DNA of 64,000 nt, taken from positions 896,001 through 960,000 of the forward strand of contig CAVVPN010000003.1 in assembly GCA_963750165.1 (NCBI GenBank). Direction: 5' to 3'. The position numbers were made by a program, and so were the translations under genes. Numbering within the stretch: position 1 is the stretch's first letter; every line of letters begins with the position of its first letter. This stretch comes from an uncultured Gemmataceae bacterium. Its GTDB lineage: Bacteria > Planctomycetota > Planctomycetia > Gemmatales > Gemmataceae. Shown one piece after another: positions 1-10,325 of the stretch. Under the pieces are notes generated by a model that was not told the DNA's origin, did not search any database, and saw nothing but the letters and a program-made list of their open reading frames with translations.

Positions 1-3000
1 GGTCGGCCAGCTGCCGCCACTCGATCCACTCCGCCAGCTCCGCCACGCGGTCGTGCAGCAACTTCAGGTGCTGCCGCAGTTCCTCCGGCGCCAGCTCCGC
101 CAGGCGTTTGCCGCCGTGCCGCGGCCCCGGCGGCTCGAAGCGCAGTTCCAGGCTGTGCAGCGCGTGCTCCACCTGCTCACGTGCCTGCTTCAGTTCCTGA
201 CTGGATGGCGGTTTGGTCCCCGGCGCCGTCGCCAGCTGCACGAACTGTTCCGCCGGCTTGCCGGCCGCCCCGAACAACTCGCGGACCCGGCCCGCCCAGG
301 TGATCTGCTTGCGCAGCGCCGCCCAGTCGGTGTTGACGCCGTGGAACGCCGGGCCGAAGCGCTCCGTCCAGCGGGCGGCGTCCGCTGGTTGCGCCTCCTC
401 GGCGCCGCGCAGCAGTTCCGCCTGGCGCAGGTCGGCGACGAGCGCGACGGCGTCCGGCGGCGGCGCCGGCGCATGGGCCAGCGCCGGATCGGTCAGCGCC
501 GCGAAGTGGTTCAACGTCGTCTGCAAATCCTTCGCGTAGTGGTTGACCGCCGACAGCGCGCTGTCCAGCAGCGGCGCGCCCGTGCCCGGCAATCGCTCCG
601 ACGGCAGCAGCGCCTCCAGTTCCTCCGTGGCGTGCAGCCAGGGGCCGAGCGCATCGTGCAGCCGTTTCGCGGCGGCGCGAATCTTTTCCGCCGCCGGCGT
701 CGTCGCGCTGAGCGCATCGACGAGGCGATCGGGCAGCGTTTCGCAGCCGAGTTCGCGGGCCAGCTCCAGCGCCTCGGCGGCGACGCGCGTGGCCTTCTCC
801 GCAGCGTCGAAGTCGGTGTCCATGCCCTTCTCGTAACGGCCCAGGACCGCCAGCCGCGCCGGCCGTTCCGCGTCCAGCTGCCGGCGCTGGCCGACCACCG
901 CCGCCGCCGTGAACACGTCCTCGCGCACGCTGCGCGGCAGCACGTCGCCGTGGCTGCGGCGCTGCAGAGCACGGCGGTCACGGCGGTACTGCATGCTGAA
1001 GACGCGCAGCCAGCTGGCGTACGGGCCGCGGTAGCGCTCCGCCAGGTAGACCACGTCCAGCTCGAACAGCTGCTCCTTGTAGCGCGTCAGCAGTTCGTGG
1101 CGGCGGCGGTGGTTGTCGGCGAACACCGGCCCGACCGACGCGATCAGCGCCTGCGCCTTCGCCAGCGCCTGCGGATCGGTGACCCAGGCGCGCTCCGGCG
1201 GCGTCTCGCTCATGCACAGGTTGGCCAGGCGCTGCAGCCGCCGCAGCGTATGCGGCGACGGGTCGTGCTTGCCCTCGGGGCCGGCCGCGGCGTCCGACGC
1301 GCCCGGCGGCAGTTCCACCGCGAGCCATTTTTCCAGCGCTCGCGCGTCGGTCAGCCAGTGCGGCAGCCGCTTCAGCGTCTCCGCCGCCCAGCCGCGTAGC
1401 TTTTGCTGCTGCCGCAGCAGACCGGCGCCCTGCGTGTCATCGGCAGCCAGGAGCGGCGCGGCGGCGTGCCAGGCGTGCTCCACCTGCTCGGCCGTGCCCT
1501 CGGGCAACTTCCACAGCGCCGGGCCGTAGCGCTCCGTCAACGGCTGCCGGGACTGGCCGCGCTGCTGGTACGACGCGGCACAGCGCTCCAGGTCCGTCGC
1601 CAGCGCCGCGGTGTCCGCGCCCTGCAGCCATGCGGCCGGCGGGTGCGGATTGGTTTCGAGCAACTCGCTGGCGCGTAGCAGCCACGGAATGGGGCCGCTG
1701 GCGCCGATGGCGGCGGCGTAGTGGTCCGCGACGGTCTGCAAGCGGTCGAGGCGGCCGCGCACCTTGTCGATCAGGTGCAGCACGTCATCGCGCAACTTCA
1801 GCGTGTAGCGTTCGCCGCTTTTGAAGCCGTGCCAGAGGTAGCTGTCGCCCTGCTCGTGCAGGTGCCAGAAGTGCTGCGCCCGCTCGATGGCGTGCCGGGC
1901 CTCGTCCAGCCAGGTGGGCGTGATGTCCAGGGCGTTGAACTCGCCGAGTTCCAGCCGCGCCGCCGCATGACAGCGAGCCACCTCGCCCAGCGCCCACCAG
2001 GCGCTGCGCTGCAACGGTTCACGTACTCGGTGCAGCGCGTCCGCGTAGGCATTGAGCTGGTCGCGGTACTGCCGCAGTTGTTCCAGTTCCTGCGGGGACG
2101 GCCCGCCCGCCGGCGTGGGCGGCTGCTCGAGACAGCGGCGCAACTCGTTCACGACGGCCCGACTGTCGGCGCCGGCCGCGGCCAGGTCGAGCACAAAATC
2201 GCCCAGCCCCGCGTCGCGCAACAGCCGCGCGACCTCCGCCAGCTGGGCCGGCCTCGGGCTGACGATCAGCACGCTCTGGCCGCCGCCGATGCGCTCCGCC
2301 GCGAGGTTGGCCATCGCCTGCGCCTGCGCCGTCCCGGGCGGCGCCTGCAGCACGAAACTGTGGCCGCGCATCGCCGCTGCCAGCGCCAGCCGCTGACTGC
2401 TGTCCGCGTCCAGGATGTGCAGCGCCGGCTGCGGCGCCGCGTCCAGTTCGCGCGCGTCGGGCAGCGCCAGCGTGGCGGCGGGCTCGGCGCCGGCGAGGAC
2501 GCGCACCAGCGGATGGTCCGCCAGCAGCGCCTCGTTCTCGGCCAGGTCGCGCTCCAGCGGTTCGGTGAACACCGGCAGCAGCGTCAGCAGGGCCGCCGGC
2601 TCCACGCTCCAGCCGAGCCCGGCGACCACGGTCTGCACCTCCGCGAAGAACGTTGGCAGCGTCTTCTCGTCCACGCGCGACGGCAACGGCGGCAGGCGCA
2701 GGTCCAGGGCCGCCTGCAGTCGCGTTTGCAACAACGGGTTGACGAACGGCGTCCCCGCGGCGGTCACGGTGGCGGCCGCCAGCTCGACCGGCAGAATCAC
2801 CAGCGGCGACCGTAGCGGCGCCGCCGTGTCCGGGTCCGCCCACTCCAGCACGCCGCCGGCCAGGTGCAGCAGCCGGACGCCGTGCTCCTCCAGGCCCGTC
2901 TGCGCCCGCCGCCGCAGCGCCGCCAGCTGCTCCGGCTGCGCGCCTGTCACCGCGGTGGATTTGCCGGGCTGCGTCAGGCGGCCGAACAGCGCCGCGGCGT

Positions 3001-3121
3001 CCGCCGGCGGCACATCCAGGCCGGGGCGCAGGTGCAGCAACGGGTTGCGGGGGCTGGGGTCTGACAGGGCGGCACGCCAGCGTGCCAGCGCGGCGTAGAC
3101 TGGAGAAGCAGGGTCGGCCAT
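1..3121 (-). CDS. DUF4011-domain SF1 helicase-like protein, 3' end outside window; Walker A degenerate
   Basis: Not in the ORF track because no stop is reached. Read manually: ATG at 3121 after GAGGA, N-term LARWRAALSDPSPRNPLLHL (DUF4011-like), later HILDADSSQRLALAAAMRGHSFVLQAPPGTAQAQAMAN. The same frame still reads as protein at the window start. Confidence 0.8.
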   Translation of the reverse strand, partial: MADPASPVYAALARWRAALSDPSPRNPLLHLRPGLDVPPADAAALFGRLTQPGKSTAVTGAQPEQLAALRRRAQTGLEEHGVRLLHLAGGVLEWADPDTAAPLRSPLVILPVELAAATVTAAGTPFVNPLLQTRLQAALDLRLPPLPSRVDEKTLPTFFAEVQTVVAGLGWSVEPAALLTLLPVFTEPLERDLAENEALLADHPLVRVLAGAEPAATLALPDARELDAAPQPALHILDADSSQRLALAAAMRGHSFVLQAPPGTAQAQAMANLAAERIGGGQSVLIVSPRPAQLAEVARLLRDAGLGDFVLDLAAAGADSRAVVNELRRCLEQPPTPAGGPSPQELEQLRQYRDQLNAYADALHRVREPLQRSAWWALGEVARCHAAARLELGEFNALDITPTWLDEARHAIERAQHFWHLHEQGDSYLWHGFKSGERYTLKLRDDVLHLIDKVRGRLDRLQTVADHYAAAIGASGPIPWLLRASELLETNPHPPAAWLQGADTAALATDLERCAASYQQRGQSRQPLTERYGPALWKLPEGTAEQVEHAWHAAAPLLAADDTQGAGLLRQQQKLRGWAAETLKRLPHWLTDARALEKWLAVELPPGASDAAAGPEGKHDPSPHTLRRLQRLANLCMSETPPERAWVTDPQALAKAQALIASVGPVFADNHRRRHELLTRYKEQLFELDVVYLAERYRGPYASWLRVFSMQYRRDRRALQRRSHGDVLPRSVREDVFTAAAVVGQRRQLDAERPARLAVLGRYEKGMDTDFDAAEKATRVAAEALELARELGCETLPDRLVDALSATTPAAEKIRAAAKRLHDALGPWLHATEELEALLPSERLPGTGAPLLDSALSAVNHYAKDLQTTLNHFAALTDPALAHAPAPPPDAVALVADLRQAELLRGAEEAQPADAARWTERFGPAFHGVNTDWAALRKQITWAGRVRELFGAAGKPAEQFVQLATAPGTKPPSSQELKQAREQVEHALHSLELRFEPPGPRHGGKRLAELAPEELRQHLKLLHDRVAELAEWIEWRQLAD

Positions 3122-3353
3122 GGGTTTGTTCCTCAACCGATGCTCGGCAGTGCGAGATAAGCAATATCGGCGAAGATAACAGCCCCGCCCCGCCGCGCCA
3201 ATGGGCCGCCGCCAAGGGGCAGTGGCACACCCGACCCACCCTGTTCCCTTGGAGTGGCACGCCGCCGTCCGTCTGGCGAACCCGCGGCGAAAAACGTAAA
3301 CCAACCACGGGGCCGAGGCGCGTCGCCGGGGCCCGCCGGAACGAGGAGGGCTG

Positions 3354-4850
3354 ATGTCCAGCGCTGCACACGATCCCTACGCCGCCCTGCGCCTGCGCGA
3401 CTACCGCTGCCTGCTGTCCGGCGGCGTCTTCGCCAGCATCGGCGTCGAAATCCAGGCGACCGTTGTGTTCTGGGAACTGACCCAGCGCACCGGCAACGAG
3501 GAATCGGCGGCCGTGGCAGTGGGCCTGGCCGGCCTGGCGCTGTTCCTGCCCGTGCTGCTGCTGGCGCTGCCGGCCGGCCAGGCAGCGGACCGCTACCACC
3601 GCCGCCGACTCCTGCAGGCCGCCCAGGGCGTCGTCATCCTGGCGGCGCTGGGCCTGGCGGCGATCTCCTGGTGGCAGGGGCCGTTGTGGCAGATGTACCT
3701 GTTCCTGGTGCTTGCGGGCGTCGGCCGGGCCTTCACGGCGCCGGCACGCTCGTCGCTGCTGGCGCTGGTCGTGCCGCCGCACCTGTTGCCCAACGCCGTC
3801 ACCTGGAACAGCACGGCGTATCAGTTCGCCAACGTCGCCGGCCCCGCGTTCGGCGGCCTGATGCTGTGGCTGGCGGGCGGCGCGGCGCCGGTGTACCTGC
3901 TGACCGCCGGCTGCGCCCTCGACTGCATTCTTCTGGTGGCGCCGGTCAAACTCAAGGTGGCGCCGCCGACCGAACCGCGCTCGCTGCACTCATTGCTGGC
4001 CGGGGCACGCTTCATCTGGCGGACGGAGTTGCTGCTGGCGGCCATCACGCTCGACCTGTTCGCCGTGCTGCTCGGCGGCGCCACCGCGCTGCTGCCCATC
4101 TTCGCCAGCAAAATCCTGCACGTGGACGCACTGGGCTACGGCCTCTTGCGGGCGGCGCCGGCGCTGGGGGCGGTGCTGATGGCGGTGACGCTGGCCCACC
4201 GGCCGCCGCTGCGCCGCGCCGGCCGGGCGTTGCTGCTATCCGTCGCGGGCTTCGGCGTCGCTACCATCGTCTTCGGCCTGTCGCGAAACTTCGCGCTGTC
4301 GTTCGCCATGCTGGCCCTGACCGGGGCGCTGGACAATGTTAGCGTGGTGGTGCGCGGCACCCTGATGCAGGTGCTGACGCCCAACGAGATGCGCGGCCGG
4401 GTCGGGGCGGTCAACTTCATTTTCATCAGCTCGTCCAACGAACTGGGCGCCTTCGAGTCGGGCATGGTGGCGCGGTGGTTGGGGCCGGTCGGCTCGGTCG
4501 TCTTCGGAGGTGTCGGTACGCTGGTGGTGGTTGCGGCGGCGGCACTGCGCTGGCCGCGACTGGCCCGTCTCGGCACCCTGCACCCGGACCACCTGGCCCC
4601 CCGCGTGGGCGGCCCAGCGCCCGCGACCGGGGAACTGGAGTCGCCGGACATTGCCGCCGCCATCAGCGAACAACCGTCGGAGGAACTGGCTACTTCGGAC
4701 CCGTCCAACTCTTTTTTTCGAGGGCAAGACCATGAACCAGCGTCACTGGCTTCCGGCCCTGCTGCTCTGCCTGGTGCCCCTGGCCCCGCTCCGGGCGCAG
4801 GGCGGTGCGGCGCAGAACCCAATCACGAACGAGACGCAGCAGGCGATTGA
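3354..4850 (+). CDS. MFS transporter
   Basis: Multiple TM helices, motif A-like GQAADRYHRRRLL, GAGGAGG RBS. The 3' end overlaps the next gene and may be over-extended. Confidence 0.85.
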   Translation: MSSAAHDPYAALRLRDYRCLLSGGVFASIGVEIQATVVFWELTQRTGNEESAAVAVGLAGLALFLPVLLLALPAGQAADRYHRRRLLQAAQGVVILAALGLAAISWWQGPLWQMYLFLVLAGVGRAFTAPARSSLLALVVPPHLLPNAVTWNSTAYQFANVAGPAFGGLMLWLAGGAAPVYLLTAGCALDCILLVAPVKLKVAPPTEPRSLHSLLAGARFIWRTELLLAAITLDLFAVLLGGATALLPIFASKILHVDALGYGLLRAAPALGAVLMAVTLAHRPPLRRAGRALLLSVAGFGVATIVFGLSRNFALSFAMLALTGALDNVSVVVRGTLMQVLTPNEMRGRVGAVNFIFISSSNELGAFESGMVARWLGPVGSVVFGGVGTLVVVAAAALRWPRLARLGTLHPDHLAPRVGGPAPATGELESPDIAAAISEQPSEELATSDPSNSFFRGQDHEPASLASGPAALPGAPGPAPGAGRCGAEPNHERDAAGD

Positions 4851-5802
4851 CGCCGGCCTGGCGTACCTGGCGGCGCAGCAGGCGGCCGACGGCTCCTGGG
4901 GCGACCGTGCCTTCCAGGGCAACCTCGGCATCACCGGCCTGGCGGGGCGGGCGTTCCTGGCTGGCGGCCACGAACCGGGCCGGGGCAAGTACGGCCCGCA
5001 CCTCACGAAGGCCATCGAATTCATCCTGAGCCACGAGAACAAGCAAACGCCCGGGTTCCTGCACAACGCGCAGGCGACGGCACACGGGCCCATGTACGGC
5101 CACGGCTTCGCCCTGCTGTTCCTGGCCGAGGCCCACAGCGGCATCCGCGACAAGAAGCTGAAGGAGCGCGTCACGGAACTGCTGGGCCGCGCGGTCAAGC
5201 TGACGGTCGAGGCCCAGAACAAGGAGGGCGGCTGGCGCTACCTACCGAAGCCCGTGGACGCGGACCTGACCGTGACCGTCTGCCAGGTCCAGGGGCTGAC
5301 CGCGGCGCGGAATGCCGGGGCCAACGTGCGGCGGAAGGTGCTGGAGCAGGCGCTGACCTACGTGCGGCAGTGCCAGAATCTGCAGCGCGACGGCGGCTTC
5401 CGCTACATGCGCCAGGGCGGCGGGAGCGGGTTCGCCCGGACGGCGGCGGCGCTGGACGTGCTGCTGCAAGCGGGCCAGGCCAAAAGCAAGGAAGTGGAGA
5501 AGGGCCTGGATTATCTGCGGCCGTATCGGCCCGGACTCAAGAAGGCGAACGCGGTCGGGCTGTTCTATTACCACGGGCATTACTACGCCGCCCAGGCCAT
5601 GTGGCGCACCGGCGGCACCGACTGGCAGAAGTGGTATCCGGCTGTCCGCGACGAACTGCTCAAGCATCCCGACCGGCAGAAGCAGAAGAACGACACCGAA
5701 ACGTTCTGGAACGACCGCACCGTCGGCCCCCAGTTTGGGACGGCGATGGCGCTGATCGTGTTGCAACTGCCGCACGAGAAATTGCGGAGCCTGAAGCGCT
5801 GA
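4732..5802 (+). CDS. Exported prenyltransferase/squalene-oxidase repeat protein
   Basis: Signal peptide; repeats AQQAADGSW, AQNKEGGWRY, CQNLQRDGGFRY; YYHGHYYAAQA. Confidence 0.8.
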   Translation: MNQRHWLPALLLCLVPLAPLRAQGGAAQNPITNETQQAIDAGLAYLAAQQAADGSWGDRAFQGNLGITGLAGRAFLAGGHEPGRGKYGPHLTKAIEFILSHENKQTPGFLHNAQATAHGPMYGHGFALLFLAEAHSGIRDKKLKERVTELLGRAVKLTVEAQNKEGGWRYLPKPVDADLTVTVCQVQGLTAARNAGANVRRKVLEQALTYVRQCQNLQRDGGFRYMRQGGGSGFARTAAALDVLLQAGQAKSKEVEKGLDYLRPYRPGLKKANAVGLFYYHGHYYAAQAMWRTGGTDWQKWYPAVRDELLKHPDRQKQKNDTETFWNDRTVGPQFGTAMALIVLQLPHEKLRSLKR

Positions 5803-5814
5803 GGCTCCATTCCG

Positions 5815-5863
5815 GTTGTGGCCCGGTCCGGAGATCGGGCCACAACGCGGGGCCGCAAGCGGC
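5815..5863. repeat. Palindrome plus GCCGCAAGCGGC element between convergent genes
   Basis: GTTGTGGCCCG...CGGGCCACAAC hairpin followed by GCCGCAAGCGGC. Confidence 0.6.
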
Positions 5864-5883
5864 AGACAAGACGGGTTGCCGCT

Positions 5884-6783
5884 TCACACCCCCATCACGT
5901 TGTAGCCGCAGTCCACAAACAGCACTTCGCCGGTGATGCCGGACGCCAGCGGACTGCACAGGAACACGGCCGCGTTCGCCACCTCCTCGGCGGTGATCGG
6001 CCGCGGTAACGGCGACTTTTCTGCGGCGTGGCTTTTCATCCGCTCAATGTCGCCAATGCCCTTGGCGGCCAGCGAGGCGTACGGGCCGGCGGAGATCAAG
6101 TTGACGCGGATGTTGCCGTCGCGGCCGACGTTGAACGCCAGTTGCCTGGCGTCGATCTCCAGGGCCGCCTTGGACGTGGACATGCCGCCGCCGTAGTGCG
6201 GCACCACGCGCTCGCCGCCCAGGTATGTCAGCCCCAGCACCGCCGCCCCATCGGGCCGGTTCGCCATCTTGGCGTGCAGCGCCCGCACCAGGGCGGTCAG
6301 GGAGTACGAACTGATACTCAGAGCGTTGAGGTAGCCCTTGCGGGTTGTGTCGATGGCCCGGCTCTTGACCTCGGAGCTGAAGGCGATGCTGTGAATGAGG
6401 ATGTCAAGGTGCGGATAGGGTTCCAGGTTCTTGACCAGGCCGGCGATGGAATAGTCGCCGTGCTGCTCCTCGATCCTGGCCCAGCGGCGGTCGCTACGCA
6501 GGTCCGCCGGCACGTCGTCCATCGTGTCGTACTGCACGTCGCAGGCAAACTCCGCCTCGGGCCGGAAGTCGCCCTCGACGAACGGCAGTTTGCGGGCGCT
6601 GACGTCGTCTGGTCGGTCGCCGGTGAGGACGGTGCCGACCATGTTCATCATGCGCGGGTGGCAGGCGAGGACGATGCGCGCACCGGCCGCCTGCAGCGCC
6701 TTGGCGATGTACCAGGCAAAACTCAAATCGTTGCCGACGCCCGTCACCAGTGCCGTCTTGCCGTTCAGGTCCAGGGGGATCAT
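5884..6783 (-). CDS. fabI: Enoyl-ACP reductase
   Basis: GKTALVTGVGNDLSFAWYIA, HSIAF, SISSYSL, YGGGMSTSKAALE, RVNLISAGP. Confidence 0.9.
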   Translation of the reverse strand: MIPLDLNGKTALVTGVGNDLSFAWYIAKALQAAGARIVLACHPRMMNMVGTVLTGDRPDDVSARKLPFVEGDFRPEAEFACDVQYDTMDDVPADLRSDRRWARIEEQHGDYSIAGLVKNLEPYPHLDILIHSIAFSSEVKSRAIDTTRKGYLNALSISSYSLTALVRALHAKMANRPDGAAVLGLTYLGGERVVPHYGGGMSTSKAALEIDARQLAFNVGRDGNIRVNLISAGPYASLAAKGIGDIERMKSHAAEKSPLPRPITAEEVANAAVFLCSPLASGITGEVLFVDCGYNVMGV

Positions 6784-6989
6784 GGTTTATCCCTTTGTGC
6801 TCGGTGGAATGGGTGATTTGGGGTTCGATTTAGCACAATCGCGGAAGGCGGGCAAGGTGAATCAGGTGCGCCGCCGGAAGAGGCATTCGCCAAATCCGAC
6901 CAGTTTTGTTGCCTTGTGAGCGGGCGCCGTCCGGTTTAGCATAAGGACATTTCCCAGATACCCGCCCGGCCCCTCAAACGAGAACCCAC

Positions 6990-8468
6990 GTGGACGCCTT
7001 CTGGACCGACCTCGCCAGCTGGTGGCCCTACCTCGTCGGCCTGTTCGACTTTTGCCTGATGGCCTGGTTCGTGCCGCGCGTGCTGCTGTACAAGTCCGAA
7101 TCGACCTCGGCCATCGCCTGGCTGCTGCTCATCGTCTTCCTGCCGCTGATCGGCGCCGCCCTGTTCGTCCTGTTCGGCTACCAGCACGTCTCACGGCCGC
7201 TGCGGCGGAAGCGCCTGCACAACCAACTTTACCGCCAGTTCGGTTCCGGCCGCCGTCACACCCAGAGCGCGGACGGCGCCGCCGTCGAACCGCTGTCGCC
7301 GGTCTGCCAGCAGCTGGCCCAGCTGGCCAACCGCTTCGACGCCCAGGGCCTGGCGTCCGGCAACCACATCGACTATTACCACGACGGGCCGCCGGCCTTC
7401 GCCGCCATGCTCGCGGCCATCCGCCGCGCCGAGCATCACGTCCATTTGCAGACGTTCATTTTCCAGCCCGACGAGACCGGTGCCGAGTTCCTGGCGGCGC
7501 TGACGGAGCGGGCCAAGCAGGGCGTCGAGGTGCGGCTGCTTTATGACGCGGTCGGCTCGTACCGGCTGCGGGACCGCGACCTGGCCGGCCTGCGCGCCGC
7601 CGGTGGTCGATGCAGCGTCTTCCTGCCCATCAGCCTGCTGCGCCGCAGTGTGCAGATCAACCTGCGCAACCACCGCAAACTCCTCATCGTGGACGGCCAC
7701 ACCGGCTTCACCGGCGGCCTGAACGTCGGCCGCGAGTACCTGGGCGAGAGCCCGCGCTTTGGCTACTGGCGCGACACGCACCTGCGCGTGCAGGGGCCGG
7801 CGGTTGCTGACCTGCAGCGCGTCTTCGCCGAGGACTGGGACTTCGCCGCCGGCGAGACGCTTATCTTCGATGACGACCCGCGCACGTGCGCTTATCTGCG
7901 GACGGGCGCGGCGGACGGGCCGTACCCAGTGCAGGTGATCGACTCGGGGCCGGATCGCGATTTGAAGAGCATCCGCGAGATGTACCACGCGGCCATCCTG
8001 AAGGCGCGGCGGCGGGTGTGGATCGCCTCGCCGTACTTCGTGCCGGACGCCGGCCTGCGCGACGCCCTGCGGTTGGCCGGCTACCAGGGCATCGACGTGC
8101 GCTTCCTGGGTCAGCACAGGCCGGACAAGGCGATCCCGCAGTACGCGGCGCGCTACTACTGGACGGAGGTATTGGCGGCCGGCGTCAAGGTGTACCAATA
8201 CACGCGCGGCATGATGCACGCCAAGGTGGTGCTGGTGGACGACGACTGGGCCAGCGTCGGCACCGCCAACCTGGACAACCGCAGTATGTATCTCAACTTC
8301 GAGGTCAACTGCCTGATCTATTCGCAGCAGGCGGTGGCGGAGCTGGCGGCGCAGTTCGAGCGCGACCTGGCGACGGCCATCCGGCTGGAGGGGGCGGTGT
8401 ACGCGCAGCGGCCGTTCGCCGGCCGGCTGCTGGAGAACGCTTGCCGGCTGCTGTCGCCGGTGTTGTAA
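6990..8468 (+). CDS. cls: Cardiolipin synthase
   Basis: Two N-terminal TMs and two HKD motifs (NHRKLLIVDG, MHAKVVLVDD). Confidence 0.92.
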   Translation: MDAFWTDLASWWPYLVGLFDFCLMAWFVPRVLLYKSESTSAIAWLLLIVFLPLIGAALFVLFGYQHVSRPLRRKRLHNQLYRQFGSGRRHTQSADGAAVEPLSPVCQQLAQLANRFDAQGLASGNHIDYYHDGPPAFAAMLAAIRRAEHHVHLQTFIFQPDETGAEFLAALTERAKQGVEVRLLYDAVGSYRLRDRDLAGLRAAGGRCSVFLPISLLRRSVQINLRNHRKLLIVDGHTGFTGGLNVGREYLGESPRFGYWRDTHLRVQGPAVADLQRVFAEDWDFAAGETLIFDDDPRTCAYLRTGAADGPYPVQVIDSGPDRDLKSIREMYHAAILKARRRVWIASPYFVPDAGLRDALRLAGYQGIDVRFLGQHRPDKAIPQYAARYYWTEVLAAGVKVYQYTRGMMHAKVVLVDDDWASVGTANLDNRSMYLNFEVNCLIYSQQAVAELAAQFERDLATAIRLEGAVYAQRPFAGRLLENACRLLSPVL

Positions 8469-8476
8469 TGGGCGTG

Positions 8477-8526
8477 TTCTGCCGCTGGCGGCATAGCGCT
8501 CTTCCGCCAAGCCACAAGCGGCAGAA
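8477..8526. repeat. Degenerate REP-like doublet, GCCGCAAGCGGC family
   Basis: TTCTGCCGCTGGCGGC...GCCACAAGCGGCAGAA; related copies at 5852 and 11065. Confidence 0.55.
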
Positions 8527-8759
8527 AAGACGGCTGGTAACTCACGGGAACCGACATGACCGCCAACGACCCGCGCCTGTCGCCGGATTTGCCGCCGCTG
8601 CCAAACGGGGCTTGTGGATCGATTTGCCCGCACTCCTGAGCAGCCAGCGTGCTCAGCAGATGTCAACGCTACAACGGGGCCTGGCGTCGCGGCCGCACGC
8701 CGCCTTCGTCAAGCGCCTGGCCGCCGCCCGCAAGGAGCGCTCCGAGTAGAGGAACCGAT

Positions 8760-10325
8760 ATGGCCTGGCCGTCCCCGACCGAGTTCAACGAAGCGGTGCA
8801 GTCGCCGCCGACCGCCTTCGCCGACACCGAGCTGCGCCGCACCCAGGCCGCCACGGATCCGCTCGGCCTGGTCCGCCCCTTCGCCGGCAGCTTCGCCGAC
8901 GTTTATCAGCTCGAAGGCCCCGACGGCCATTGCTGGGCCGTCAAGTGCTTCACTCGCGCCGTGCCGCACCTCCAGGAACGCTACCAGGCCATCAGCGACC
9001 ATTTGCAGCAGGGCGTGCCGTCGTTCATGGTCCCCTTCCGCTACCTCGCCGAGGGCGTCCGCATCCAGGGTCAGTGGTATCCCGTGGTGAAAATGCCCTG
9101 GATTCAGGGTTTGATGCTCAACCAGTTCGTCCGCGACAACCTCGACCGGCCGGTGCTGCTCGACCGCCTGGCGCGGATGTGGCTGAAGCTGGCCCAGCAG
9201 CTGCGCGGCGTCGGCGCCGCCCACGCGGACCTGCAACACGGCAACGTCCTGCTGGTGCCCAACGCGAAGACCGGCGGTCTGAGTTTGCGGCTGATCGACT
9301 ACGACGGCATGTTCGTGCCGGCCCTGGCCCACAGTCCGTCCGGCGAGGTCGGCCATCCGAATTACCAGCATCCGCAGCGGCTCCGCGAGTCCACGTACAA
9401 CGCGGAGATCGACCGCTTCGCACATCTGGTGATCTACACCGCCCTGCGCTGTCTGGCACTGCCCGGGGGGCGGCCGCTATGGGAGCGCTTCGACAACGGC
9501 GATAATCTGCTGTTCCGCGAACAGGACTTCCAGGCGCCGCAGCAGTCGGTGCTGTTTCGCGAGTTGTGGCGGACGCAGCCGGCGCCGACGCGCACGCTGG
9601 CCGGCCATCTGCTGCTGGCCGCGCAGGGGCCGCTGACGCAGGTGCCGCTGCTGGACGAACTGGTCAGCGACGGCCTGACCGAAGCGCTGACGGCCGAGCA
9701 GGCGCAGCGGGTGCGCCGTCTGCTCGGCGACGCCACCCCCGACACGGCCGCAGCGATCCTGGTGACGCCGGCGATGTTCATCGATCCCGTGGTGGGCGTG
9801 CTGGTTTCCGCTGACTCCACGCGGCCGCTGCGGCCCGGGCCGGCGGCGCCGCCGCCCCTGGCCATCCCGGTGACGCCGGCGAGGCTCCTGGAGCCGGCGC
9901 CGGGCGTGCTCGTCTCGGCGGAGTCCACCCAGGCACTGCGACCCGTGCCCGCGGCGAACGCGAAAAGCAAGACGGCGATCCCCGTGGCGCACCGCGCCGG
10001 ACCACCGCCGCTGCCGCGCGCGGTGCCGGTGGGCCAGCCGGCCATTGACTGGCAAGCGTCGCTCGGCGGCGGCGCTGTCGTGGTCGGCATCATCCTGCTT
10101 GGGCTGCTGCTCATGGTCCTCGTCAGCGCGGTCGTGCTCAGCACGCTGCCGCCCACCAGCAATCACCCTACTCCTGATGGCCCGCCGAAATTCCAGCCCC
10201 CGGCGCCGAACCACGGGCCGCAGAAACGGACTGTGGAGTGGGGGAACCTGACAGGGCGCCCACGCAACGAGGAAGCAGCGCTCCCCCGGCACGACGGCCA
10301 ATTGAAGTGGGCAGGTGGTGTGTAA
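8760..10325 (+). CDS. Protein kinase-like (TerY-P-associated type) with Pro-rich linker and C-terminal TM
   Basis: AGSFADVY, WAVKCF, HADLQHGNVLL, LIDYDG, GHPNYQHPQR; hydrophobic helix near the C-terminus. Confidence 0.8.
   Translation: MAWPSPTEFNEAVQSPPTAFADTELRRTQAATDPLGLVRPFAGSFADVYQLEGPDGHCWAVKCFTRAVPHLQERYQAISDHLQQGVPSFMVPFRYLAEGVRIQGQWYPVVKMPWIQGLMLNQFVRDNLDRPVLLDRLARMWLKLAQQLRGVGAAHADLQHGNVLLVPNAKTGGLSLRLIDYDGMFVPALAHSPSGEVGHPNYQHPQRLRESTYNAEIDRFAHLVIYTALRCLALPGGRPLWERFDNGDNLLFREQDFQAPQQSVLFRELWRTQPAPTRTLAGHLLLAAQGPLTQVPLLDELVSDGLTEALTAEQAQRVRRLLGDATPDTAAAILVTPAMFIDPVVGVLVSADSTRPLRPGPAAPPPLAIPVTPARLLEPAPGVLVSAESTQALRPVPAANAKSKTAIPVAHRAGPPPLPRAVPVGQPAIDWQASLGGGAVVVGIILLGLLLMVLVSAVVLSTLPPTSNHPTPDGPPKFQPPAPNHGPQKRTVEWGNLTGRPRNEEAALPRHDGQLKWAGGV

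Noticed and set aside
4732..4850. MFS/prenyltransferase overlap as a functional overlapping gene
   Set aside because: The low-complexity tail may be read-through from an indel.
8556..8749. Small possibly frameshifted ORF before the kinase
   Set aside because: No recognisable motif and it is not a vWA domain; support is too weak.
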